Assembly (NCBI GenBank): GCA_041651355.1
Contig: JBAZJK010000001.1
Coordinates: forward strand, 549,883-613,882
Length of the DNA stretch: 64,000 nucleotides
From: Patescibacteria group bacterium
GTDB lineage: Bacteria > Patescibacteriota > Patescibacteriia > Patescibacteriales > UBA12465
Reading direction: 5' to 3'
The stretch's first letter is position 1, and each line of letters opens with the position of its first letter. Of the stretch, positions 6,449-14,063 are shown in pieces. Under the pieces are notes generated by a model, which did not search any database, had not been told where the DNA came from, and was given only the letters and a program-made list of their open reading frames with translations. Made by a program: the position numbers and the translations under genes.

Positions 6449-7990
6449 ATGAAATATATCCTCTATGCTCGCAAGTCTTCTGAAGACAAGAGCAAACAAA
6501 TATTATCCCTAGAAAGCCAAGTCAATGAAATGAAAAAATTGGCTCATAGTTTAGGTTTGGAAATTGATAAAATATATACTGAATCTAAATCGGCTAAACT
6601 GCCAAATAATAGACCGCTCTTTGCGGAAATGCTGAAACTGTTAGAAAGTAATAATGAGTCCGAGGGCTATGGGATATTATGTTGGAAAATAGATAGACTT
6701 TCTCGTAATCCGATAGACAGCGGAAAAATTCAATGGCTATTACAACAGTCTAAAATAAAAGTGATTCAGACGAGCGATAAACAATATCTGCCGAGTGATA
6801 ATGTTTTGCTCTTAAATATTGAGGGCTCAATGGCTAATCAATATATTTTAGACTTAAGTAAAAATGTTAAACGAGGATTAAGGACTAAACTGGAAAAAGG
6901 CGGGTGGCCGTGTATAGCTCCGATAGGTTATCTCAATGACGGGAAAGGTAGTATTTTAGTTGATAGAAATAGAGCTCCTTATGTTAAACAAATATTTCAA
7001 ATGTATATTAGCGGTAATTATACGATTAAAGAAATTGCCGATAAAATATATCTGGCGGGACTAAAAAGCCGGGGCGGTACTAAATACCATAAATCGCAAA
7101 TATATACTTTGTTAAACAATAAATTCTATTACGGAATTATGACTTCTCATGGTGAAGAATATCAAGGAAATCATAAACCAATAATATCAAAGAGGCTATT
7201 TGAGGAAGCACAAGAAATGGCTCATAAAAAACAGCATATTAAAAAGAACCGCCTAGACTTTATTTTTAGGGGGTTAATGGTTTGCGCTCATTGCGGTTGC
7301 TTATATACTGCCTCTAAAAAGAGGGGCAAGCATATTTACTATTACTGTACTAATGGAAAAAATAAATGTGAGGAGCATAAGAGCTATCTGAAAGAAACCG
7401 ATGCCGTTAAAATGTTAGCTGATATTTTTGATAGATTAACTTTTCCTGAAGAAGTTATTAATTTAATGTATGAGGCGAGTCTAGATAAATTAAAACGGGA
7501 AGCGGAAAACGAGAATTATCTTAAAACTAAAAATGAGCTTTCAAGACAGCTCAAAATTAGAGAGGAACGCCAAGCCGAACTATTTAACCTCCTACTAGAT
7601 AAAGCCATTAGCAAGGACTATTTTGAGGCCAAGCGAAAGACAATAACCGAGGAGCTGAACTCGCTTAATGATGAATTAAAAACTTTAGAAAACAAAAATC
7701 AGCCACTAGCTAAAACTACTTTGGAACAAATGAAAAATGTCTTTTTAGCCCAACGGGCAATGAAAAATAAGTTTTTAGAAGCTAATTCAAATAAGAAAAG
7801 AGAAATAATAAAAAACATGCTTTGGAACGCCGAAGTCAAAGACGGAAAACTGACTAATATTAAATTTAAAGAGCCCTATTCTTTATTCGCAAAAGACCCC
7901 CAAAAAGGGAGTCTTGACTTAATGTGGGCCGAGTTGGATTCGAACCAACGAAGGCGCAAGGCCAGCAGATTTACAGTCTGCCCCAGTTGA
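6449..7990 (+). CDS. large serine recombinase (resolvase/invertase catalytic domain, recombinase domain, zinc ribbon, coiled coil)
   Basis: 513 aa. The N-terminus is YARKSSEDKSKQILSLESQ with WKIDRLSRNP (serine-recombinase catalytic motifs). The zinc ribbon reads CAHCGCLYTASKKRGKHIYYYCTNGKNKCEEH. A long C-terminal coiled coil follows. The last 22 codons (7925-7990) are antisense to tRNA-Tyr. Confidence 0.9.
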   Translation: MKYILYARKSSEDKSKQILSLESQVNEMKKLAHSLGLEIDKIYTESKSAKLPNNRPLFAEMLKLLESNNESEGYGILCWKIDRLSRNPIDSGKIQWLLQQSKIKVIQTSDKQYLPSDNVLLLNIEGSMANQYILDLSKNVKRGLRTKLEKGGWPCIAPIGYLNDGKGSILVDRNRAPYVKQIFQMYISGNYTIKEIADKIYLAGLKSRGGTKYHKSQIYTLLNNKFYYGIMTSHGEEYQGNHKPIISKRLFEEAQEMAHKKQHIKKNRLDFIFRGLMVCAHCGCLYTASKKRGKHIYYYCTNGKNKCEEHKSYLKETDAVKMLADIFDRLTFPEEVINLMYEASLDKLKREAENENYLKTKNELSRQLKIREERQAELFNLLLDKAISKDYFEAKRKTITEELNSLNDELKTLENKNQPLAKTTLEQMKNVFLAQRAMKNKFLEANSNKKREIIKNMLWNAEVKDGKLTNIKFKEPYSLFAKDPQKGSLDLMWAELDSNQRRRKASRFTVCPS

Positions 7991-8008
7991 CCGCTTTGGT
8001 ATCGACCC
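7925..8008 (-). tRNA. tRNA-Tyr (anticodon GTA), type II with long variable arm
   Basis: The reverse complement gives acceptor GGGTCGA/TCGGCCC, anticodon arm GCAGA-CTGTAAA-TCTGC, a long variable arm TGGCCTTGCGCCTTC, T-arm GTTGG-TTCGAAT-CCAAC and discriminator A. No CCA is encoded. Confidence 0.9.
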
Positions 8009-8101
8009 CTTTGAAAGACTGGTTCTATGATAAAAAAAATATCGATAAATGTCAAACTAAAAGAGCCACGGCTAGCGGCTCTTTATCAATTCAAGCTGAT
8101 A

Positions 8102-8473
8102 TTAAGTCACGCTGCCAAGCAGGAATCTAACTAAGGCATAAGAGCTGAATATTATTACCAAGCCGATTACCGCCCAAACTACTATATCTCTCCCCTTCTT
8201 AATCTTATCAGGACTCCCGCCAGAAGTCATCCAGGTGATGCCGCCAAAAATAAACATGACCAAGGCTAAGGAACCGACCACCCCTAGGACGGCGGTAATA
8301 ATCTTGCCGATTAACGCTTGGAAACTATTAGCACCAATCGGGTTATCGATGCAAGCACCATTACCGGCGGCACAGGGGGCAGGATTGGAATCAGTGTTAT
8401 TATCCTGGGCTAATACTAGAACTGGGCTCAAAAAAATGAAAAATGAAAGAAAAATAAAGAGATATTTCTTCAT
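8102..8473 (-). CDS. TrbC/VirB2-like type IV secretion pilin family protein
   Basis: 123 aa. It has a signal peptide (MKKYLFIFLSFFIFLSPVLVLAQ), a Cys pair, then two hydrophobic helices separated by a short polar loop (ALIGKIITAVLGVVGSLALVMFIFGGITWMTSGGSPDKIKKGRDIVVWAVIGLVIIFSSYAL). This layout is typical of VirB2/TrbC-like pilins abundant in CPR genomes. Confidence 0.6.
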   Translation of the reverse strand: MKKYLFIFLSFFIFLSPVLVLAQDNNTDSNPAPCAAGNGACIDNPIGANSFQALIGKIITAVLGVVGSLALVMFIFGGITWMTSGGSPDKIKKGRDIVVWAVIGLVIIFSSYALVRFLLGSVT

Positions 8474-8529
8474 GTGGTTAGAATTATTTTATACTCAACT
8501 TAACTAAAATATAGCATATTACGGGAAAT

Positions 8530-8565
8530 AAAAAAAGAGGCTGCCGTCTTTTGACTTCAGCCTCT
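8530..8565 (-). terminator. intrinsic terminator after the 260-aa ORF
   Basis: AGAGGCTG (8536-8543) pairs with CAGCCTCT (8558-8565). The A-run at 8530-8536 gives a U-run on the minus strand. Confidence 0.6.
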
Positions 8566-8590
8566 TTATGAACTAATCATTTCTTGGTTT

Positions 8591-9373
8591 TTAGTAAACC
8601 TTTAAAATAATCAGCTCATCAGATTGATTTTTAATTTTAAAGAAATTAGTGGAAGGCCACTGCGTGCCTTCCCAAGAGTCGACACTACTGCCATCCTTGT
8701 AGAAACAGGTGAAACTGGCATTCGGGTTACGGAACCCATAACGCTTTTTGCAGCCGATTTCTATCCAACCTGATGTTTCGCCTTTTTTGAGGCGAAGCTC
8801 ATAGGTGCCTGGTTCATGGAAGCCGGCGTAGCGCGAATGAGAAAATTCCTCGGCATTATGTTCCGGATTAGCAGGTTCGGGTGAGGATAACTTTTCTTCC
8901 CATCTTTCCTTGTCCCATTTTTCTTTAAACTCGACCTCCACTTTGGCTGCGCCCTCAACATCACCGGCAGCTAAACGCTTCCGGTATTCTTTGAGCATTT
9001 CTTCACCATGTTGGCCTTTATAGGCTTCCCAGGTAATATCGGTTTTCAGGCCAGTTGAGTCGGCCTGTTTAGCGATAAAGAAATCGGTTCTGGCCTTGAA
9101 CCAAGGCATTGACTTGTAAGTCATCGGCATCTGAGTCTGGATCAGAAAGACCACTACCACCGCTATAAGCGCGATGGTAATCATCTTGGCGAGGGTTTTG
9201 GTCCGCTCAAACTCTTTCAGTCGAGCTACAACATAAATTACCAGAAGGCCGGCAAATATCAGGCCGAATGACCAGCCGGTCAGAAAGCTGACCAAGAGAG
9301 CCACCAGGAAATCGATGGCTAAGAAAGCCACAATTCCTACTCCTTTACTACTATTACTATTATTTGTTGGCAT
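8591..9373 (-). CDS. hypothetical membrane protein (3 N-terminal TM segments plus C-terminal soluble domain)
   Basis: 260-aa ORF with an ATG start. No motif recognised. It is separated by 33 nt from the upstream 402-aa ORF on the same strand. Confidence 0.55.
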   Translation of the reverse strand: MPTNNSNSSKGVGIVAFLAIDFLVALLVSFLTGWSFGLIFAGLLVIYVVARLKEFERTKTLAKMITIALIAVVVVFLIQTQMPMTYKSMPWFKARTDFFIAKQADSTGLKTDITWEAYKGQHGEEMLKEYRKRLAAGDVEGAAKVEVEFKEKWDKERWEEKLSSPEPANPEHNAEEFSHSRYAGFHEPGTYELRLKKGETSGWIEIGCKKRYGFRNPNASFTCFYKDGSSVDSWEGTQWPSTNFFKIKNQSDELIILKVY

Positions 9374-9406
9374 GATTCTGAATTTTTTTTGTTTTTTACA
9401 ATTTAG

Positions 9407-10615
9407 TTAGAAAGCTCTCCGGAATATCGCCGGTACGATGTGGATGATAGCCTCAAAAAGAAGCTCTATCCCAATCATTTTGGTCCAACTGTTACCGCCA
9501 TGATCTTCATTATTGCCGCCACTGGTAGATACCTGAGCAGCCTGGGGACGACGGGCGACATTATAGGTGCCAACCCATTTAATCAGACGCTCAAAGGCCG
9601 GATCGCCAGCTCTAGCGTAATCCTTGTCTAACATGCGCTCAACGCCTTCCCTAACGCCTTCAGCTACTTCTTCCCTTAATGACAGGGGAGCGTAGACCAA
9701 GGTAATCAGGGTGACGATAATCGCCAGTTTCCACCAGATCTTATGTCCGGTGTTCTGGTGCTCCTTGGGAGGAATCTGATAGCTCTTGTCAACATCCTTT
9801 ACGATGTTGTTATAGAGCTGCTCTTGCTTAGAAAGCCCGGACTCGTTCCTGAAGGTGGTCGGGTTGATCAGAGGTTCACCTGGGCCAATGATGGCACAGA
9901 CGATCCAGAGAAGGACCGACAGAATTATCAGAATCAGGGCGCGGCCATTGTTAGTGCCTAACCACCAGGCTCCGGTATATTTCGGAACATTGTGAGGCGG
10001 AGCGGCCGGACGGCTTATTTTAAGCTGAGCGGCATCAGAAATTCCGCTGACCGTCGCTCTTAAAGGGAAGCTTTCCCCGGGAGCGAGAGTGCCCGGAACA
10101 TTAAACACGGCTTCGCCGCAGTTGTTTGTCTGTGCTTGGTGCTGTAAACCGCGGTACCAAATTGATACCGGGACAGCGATTCCCTGGCCCTGGTGTTTGA
10201 GCACCCGAATGTGCACCCGGAAATTTCCATACCCGTCGTGGTGGCGGGAAAGAATCATCCGGTCCGGATCGTTAGTATTAGCCTGGCCTGAAGCGATGGC
10301 CGGAATCGTAACTGTTATCTCGGCTTCTTCAGCATAACCGGCCAAACAGAAGCGAAAAATAAATATTTGTTCAGTATTGGCCTGATTGCCATTCCTGGTA
10401 AGGATACAGACTCCATACTGGTCTGTCGTCAGATTTTCAATGATTGTAAGCCCTCTCTTCACGAGAACGGGCTGATTGGTCATAGCAATGCCATTGTCAG
10501 ATACTTGGCATTCCACCTGGAGGTGGAAAGTGCCATTCTGTAAGCTTACATCCGGTCTCAGGCGGATAACCCTGCTTTGGCGCGGCTGGCGCTGATTTTC
10601 TTGTTGAGTTGCCAT
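9407..10615 (-). CDS. hypothetical protein with an N-terminal beta-rich (Ig-like?) region, two TM segments and a C-terminal amphipathic tail
   Basis: 402-aa ORF with an ATG start, preceded by a TTGACA-17-TATAAT promoter. GC is markedly higher, 33-34 of 60 on lines 10141 and 9541. No motif recognised. Confidence 0.55.
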   Translation of the reverse strand: MATQQENQRQPRQSRVIRLRPDVSLQNGTFHLQVECQVSDNGIAMTNQPVLVKRGLTIIENLTTDQYGVCILTRNGNQANTEQIFIFRFCLAGYAEEAEITVTIPAIASGQANTNDPDRMILSRHHDGYGNFRVHIRVLKHQGQGIAVPVSIWYRGLQHQAQTNNCGEAVFNVPGTLAPGESFPLRATVSGISDAAQLKISRPAAPPHNVPKYTGAWWLGTNNGRALILIILSVLLWIVCAIIGPGEPLINPTTFRNESGLSKQEQLYNNIVKDVDKSYQIPPKEHQNTGHKIWWKLAIIVTLITLVYAPLSLREEVAEGVREGVERMLDKDYARAGDPAFERLIKWVGTYNVARRPQAAQVSTSGGNNEDHGGNSWTKMIGIELLFEAIIHIVPAIFRRAF

Positions 10616-10705
10616 TTTTTATTTCTCCTATATTTGTTTTTTATTGATTTAATTGTCAAAGAGCAGTTTTTGCCAGACACGCCAACTACTCATTTATTAG
10701 CTATA

Positions 10706-10734
10706 ATTATAGCATATTTATCATTTTCTGTCAA
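10706..10734 (-). promoter_or_regulatory. sigma70-like promoter TTGACA-17-TATAAT for the 402-aa/260-aa gene pair
   Basis: Plus-strand tgtcaa at 10729-10734 and attata at 10706-10711, which is a perfect consensus on the minus strand with a 17-nt spacer. Confidence 0.6.
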
Positions 10735-10833
10735 TATTATAAACCAACCAACAAAATAACCGAGATAACTATTTAATTTATGATAATATTTGGCTAATAT
10801 TAATCAATAAATTTTAATAAACCGTACAATCTA

Positions 10834-10862
10834 TTGACAGCTTACCGATATTTTGATTTAAT
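10834..10862 (+). promoter_or_regulatory. sigma70-like promoter TTGACA-17-TTTAAT for the 145-aa ORF
   Basis: TTGACA at 10834-10839 and TTTAAT at 10857-10862, about 50 nt upstream of ATG 10914. Confidence 0.45.
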
Positions 10863-10913
10863 GAGACCACTCTCTTTACAAATTAGCAACCCAAAAAATA
10901 AAAAAGGATCACC

Positions 10914-11351
10914 ATGGTAAAAAAAAGAAAAAGATCACAAACGGCTAAGCCGAGCCTGAAAGTCGTGCTTTTCTCTAACTATCATTTTGCGGACCCTTGG
11001 TTCCTGAATGAGTTCCGGCCTCAGCTAGAGAAAGAACGCCAAGGACCGGTCGAAATGATTTGCTTCCATGATTACCTAAATGGTAATTGTGAAGAATTCT
11101 ACCGCGAAACTTCAGGCGCCAGCCTATTACTCACTGGCCGAGAAAATTTTGACTGGCAACGCGATGATTATCTCAGCCGCCTGCAAGCCGAAGAAGAATT
11201 GTACACCCTGGTAGCCGAGGCCAAAAGACGCAACCCAAACCTCTTGGTCATGTCGGTCACCAAAGATTACCGGGCCCCGGTTGACAAGATTGCGGAAAGC
11301 ATCAACGCCTGGGACGATCCCCTGGTCATACAGGCCATCAGAGAACTTTAA
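10914..11351 (+). CDS. hypothetical protein (145 aa, soluble)
   Basis: ORF with an ATG start, its own promoter and a strong terminator. No motif recognised. GC is high like the neighbouring ORFans. Confidence 0.55.
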   Translation: MVKKRKRSQTAKPSLKVVLFSNYHFADPWFLNEFRPQLEKERQGPVEMICFHDYLNGNCEEFYRETSGASLLLTGRENFDWQRDDYLSRLQAEEELYTLVAEAKRRNPNLLVMSVTKDYRAPVDKIAESINAWDDPLVIQAIREL

Positions 11352-11356
11352 GAGCC

Positions 11357-11386
11357 AGCCTGGCAAACACCTGCCAGGCTTTTTTA
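11357..11386 (+). terminator. intrinsic terminator
   Basis: AGCCTGGCA (11357-11365) pairs with TGCCAGGCT (11372-11380), a 9-bp stem with a 6-nt loop, followed by TTTTT. Confidence 0.8.
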
Positions 11387-11390
11387 AAAC

Positions 11391-11412
11391 AAAAAAAACG
11401 ATCCGAAGATCG
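11391..11412 (-). terminator. intrinsic terminator after tRNA-Thr(GGT)
   Basis: On the minus strand CGATC-TTCG-GATCG is followed by TTTTTTTT (plus-strand A-run 11391-11398). Confidence 0.65.
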
Positions 11413-11424
11413 ATTTAATGAATG

Positions 11425-11497
11425 AGCCGTTGCGCGGGCTTGAACCGCGGACCTTCTCCTTACCATGGAGATGCTCTACCAACTGAGCTACAACGGC
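11425..11497 (-). tRNA. tRNA-Thr (anticodon GGT)
   Basis: The reverse complement is GCCGTTGTAGCTCAGTTGGTAGAGCATCTCCATGGTAAGGAGAAGGTCCGCGGTTCAAGCCCGCGCAACGGCT. It has a canonical cloverleaf with anticodon loop ATGGTAA. Confidence 0.9.
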
Positions 11498-11506
11498 AAT
11501 GATGGA

Positions 11507-12292
11507 TTACAAATTTTCAATCTTTTCTTTCCAAGCGGCCAACTTATTATTTTCCGGATTAACCGCTTCCAATTTATTCCAGGCTTCCTGGGCTGAATTT
11601 TTATCTTTTTTCATTATACTTAATTCTAAAAGTAAATCAAGATAGCGAGGATTATTTGGAACCAGCTCTAAGGCTTCACGGATATAATCAAGGGCGGCGT
11701 CTAGATCGGGCAAGACCTGATTGATTTCAGCTAAACGGAAATTTATCTCCGGTTTTTCATTTTTCGCCTTGAGGCTGAGGGCGAGTTTCAAGGCATATTC
11801 GAAGGTTTGCTTGGCTTCGTGATACTTCTTGCTGGAAAAATACACATCGCCCAATTCGATAAAAGCGGCCAGATTCTGGTTATCAAGACGGATGACTTCG
11901 ATCAATTTGTTTTCTGCCTCACTAAAGTTTTCTTCTTTGAAATCAACTTCTGCCCGGGATAGGAGTTCTTGTAAACGCGCCTGCTTTTCCGGCCAGCTTA
12001 ACTTCTGGCTGCGCCGATGATGTTCAGCTAAATTTTTAAGGCGCGCATATAAATTCTCGAAAACTCTCAAATGCTTATCTAAAAATTTCTTGATCTTAAT
12101 AAAAAATTTCCCAAAATGGGCTAAATCTCTTTCCAGTCTTGCTTTCATAATCTTCTCCTTGAATTCATTCTCCTTCTGTCCCGGGATATTATCCACATCT
12201 AGTATCGCTAAGGCCGGAAACTTCTTTAAGACTATAGAGAGGACGATGAGCAAGCAGACAATTATTAAAATAACAGAAATTATAGTTGGCAT
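11507..12292 (-). CDS. TPR-repeat protein with N-terminal membrane anchor
   Basis: 261 aa. It has an N-terminal TM segment (IISVILIIVCLLIVLSIVL) followed by helical repeats with the TPR-like A/Y/L periodicity (EAKQTFEYALKLA, ALDYIREALELVPNNPRY). Confidence 0.7.
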   Translation of the reverse strand: MPTIISVILIIVCLLIVLSIVLKKFPALAILDVDNIPGQKENEFKEKIMKARLERDLAHFGKFFIKIKKFLDKHLRVFENLYARLKNLAEHHRRSQKLSWPEKQARLQELLSRAEVDFKEENFSEAENKLIEVIRLDNQNLAAFIELGDVYFSSKKYHEAKQTFEYALKLALSLKAKNEKPEINFRLAEINQVLPDLDAALDYIREALELVPNNPRYLDLLLELSIMKKDKNSAQEAWNKLEAVNPENNKLAAWKEKIENL

Positions 12293-12999
12293 ATTTTATA
12301 AAACTCCGAAGCTTTCAAACTGGCACCGCCGACTAAGAAACCGTCAACATCCTTAGCACCCTTAAATTCTGGACCGTTTTTAGCATTCAGGCTGCCGCCA
12401 TAGATAACTTTTATCTCCTTTTTCAAGATTTGTCTAGCTTCTGATTTAATCAAGCTATGAACCTCGGAAGCTTCGATGGCTGTCGCGTTTCGGCCACTAC
12501 CGATAGCCCAAACTGGTTCATAGGCGATAATTAAAGGCTTAGAAAGGCCTTTTAGGGCCCGCTTAACCTGATATTTAACTATCTCTAAAGTCTTGCCTTC
12601 GCAACGCTCTTGAGCGCTTTCGCCAACGCATAAGATAACCTGGAGACCGACCGCTTGAGCCTCTTTTAATTTTTGGTTGATAAGAACATTATCTTCCTTA
12701 AAATACCCTCGTCTTTCACTATGTCCGATAATCACGTACTTAACTCCAAGCTTTTTTAGGTTAGCGGGTGAAACGGCTCCAGTATAGGCTCCTAGTTTAG
12801 CCGGAGCACAATCTTGAGCGCCCAAACTCAGTCTACCACCCTTTAAAATGCTGGCTATCGCCGGTAGAGACAGAAAATCCGGGCAGACAATAACTTGACC
12901 AGAAAAATTTTTAAGATATTTCCCATACTCTCGAGCCAGCTTAATGCTAGCCTCGTAAGTAAGGTTCATTTTCCAATTGGCGATAAAGATCTTAGCCAT
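12280..12999 (-). CDS. tpiA: triosephosphate isomerase
   Basis: 239 aa. Motifs ANWKMN, IIGHSERR, AYEPVWAIGSG and YGGS are present. Confidence 0.95.
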   Translation of the reverse strand: MAKIFIANWKMNLTYEASIKLAREYGKYLKNFSGQVIVCPDFLSLPAIASILKGGRLSLGAQDCAPAKLGAYTGAVSPANLKKLGVKYVIIGHSERRGYFKEDNVLINQKLKEAQAVGLQVILCVGESAQERCEGKTLEIVKYQVKRALKGLSKPLIIAYEPVWAIGSGRNATAIEASEVHSLIKSEARQILKKEIKVIYGGSLNAKNGPEFKGAKDVDGFLVGGASLKASEFYKICQL

Positions 13000-13012
13000 A
13001 TTTAATTTAAAA

Positions 13013-13945
13013 TTATAGATTACCTTTATTAGCTTGTGCCCAGGAAATAGTCTCTTTGATCCCCTCCTTTAAATCAACTTTTGCCTGCCAAGATAGGACA
13101 CTTTTTGCTCGAGAGGGATCTAAACAACTACGACGCTGTTCTCCCGGGCGTCCAGGTTGGTCTAATTTCATAAACGGCTTCCCCGTGGCTTCTTCTATTT
13201 CTCTGATAACCTCTAGAAGGTTTACCTCTCGGCCCAAGCCGATATTTAACGCTTCACGGCAGTCATTATCCTTCGCCAACATTAAGGCTGCGACTACGTC
13301 GGATATAAAGACAAAATCCCGTGTCTGCCCGCCATCGCCATATAGAAGACTGGATTTTCCTAGAACGGCATTAGCGATAAAAATGGAAATTACCCCGGCC
13401 TCCCCGCCTTTATATTGACGCGGCCCATAAACATTAGCGAAGCGCAAAATCGCATAATTCTGATTAAAAACCTGATAATAATAGTTAAGGTACTTTTCAA
13501 AGGTCAGCTTATGAATGCCATATGGTGAAATCGGCTCGGCTAAAGCGATTTCTGGCGTCGGGATTATAGCCCCTTCTCCATAAATAGCGCCGCCAGTCGA
13601 AGAAAAGATAATCTTCTTTACCTTGAGGCGCGCGCAATTCATCAAAACGTTCAAGGCTCCTAAGACGTTAATATCATTATCTAAACGGGGGTCAGCAACT
13701 GATTTAGCGACCTCGATCTGGGCCGCTAGATGGTAAACAAAATCGGGCTTTTCTTCATCAAATATTTCAGCAATCTCTTCAGAGCGGATATCAGCTTGAT
13801 AAAATTTAGCGAGCGGATTAAGGTATTCCTTCTTTCCACTAGTTAAATTATCAATAACGACCACGTCATTACCAGACGCTACTAAGGCATCGACCAGATT
13901 TGACCCGATAAAACCGGCGCCGCCGGTGACGATTATTTTTGTCAT
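13013..13945 (-). CDS. NAD-dependent epimerase/dehydratase (UDP-glucose 4-epimerase-like SDR)
   Basis: It has the Rossmann motif VTGGAGFIGSN and the catalytic Y-x-x-x-K (YGIHK). The ORF-track start is a TTG at 13972. The in-frame ATG at 13945 (MTKIIVTGGAGFIG) gives the usual N-terminus. Confidence 0.85.
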   Translation of the reverse strand: MTKIIVTGGAGFIGSNLVDALVASGNDVVVIDNLTSGKKEYLNPLAKFYQADIRSEEIAEIFDEEKPDFVYHLAAQIEVAKSVADPRLDNDINVLGALNVLMNCARLKVKKIIFSSTGGAIYGEGAIIPTPEIALAEPISPYGIHKLTFEKYLNYYYQVFNQNYAILRFANVYGPRQYKGGEAGVISIFIANAVLGKSSLLYGDGGQTRDFVFISDVVAALMLAKDNDCREALNIGLGREVNLLEVIREIEEATGKPFMKLDQPGRPGEQRRSCLDPSRAKSVLSWQAKVDLKEGIKETISWAQANKGNL

Positions 13946-14013
13946 ATTGATTATAATATCATGATTTTCCAAGAAATTAAAGGAGGCTAATTAAGAGCTC
14001 TATTTATTATATA

Positions 14014-14042
14014 TAAAGAAAAATAGCCTTTTACGGCTATTT
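14014..14042 (-). terminator. intrinsic terminator after the giant ORF
   Basis: AAATAGCC (14021-14028) pairs with GGCTATTT (14035-14042). The plus-strand A-rich run at 14014-14021 gives a U-run on the minus strand. Confidence 0.7.
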
Positions 14043-14063
14043 CCCTGTTATTTACTATATAGA

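Larger units (their letters stand above)
5323..7990 (+). mobile_element. candidate small integrated element or remnant: low-GC module with a large serine recombinase abutting tRNA-Tyr
   Basis: Lines 5461 and 6541 have 19/60 and 18/60 G+C, against 28/60 in gyrB. The recombinase ORF ends inside the antisense tRNA-Tyr. The left edge is set arbitrarily at the terminator at 5323-5350. No flanking direct repeat was found, and none is expected for serine integrases. Confidence 0.35.

Noticed and set aside
7924-8130. 68-aa plus-strand ORF (MGRVGFEPTKAQGQQIY...)
   Set aside because: Most of its 5' part is the antisense of tRNA-Tyr (7925-8008). The tRNA call is far better supported.
13979-13988. AAAGGAGGCT on the plus strand, which looks like a strong Shine-Dalgarno sequence
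   Set aside because: No start codon or ORF follows on the plus strand. It lies in the short spacer between the giant-gene terminator and the epimerase gene, both on the minus strand.
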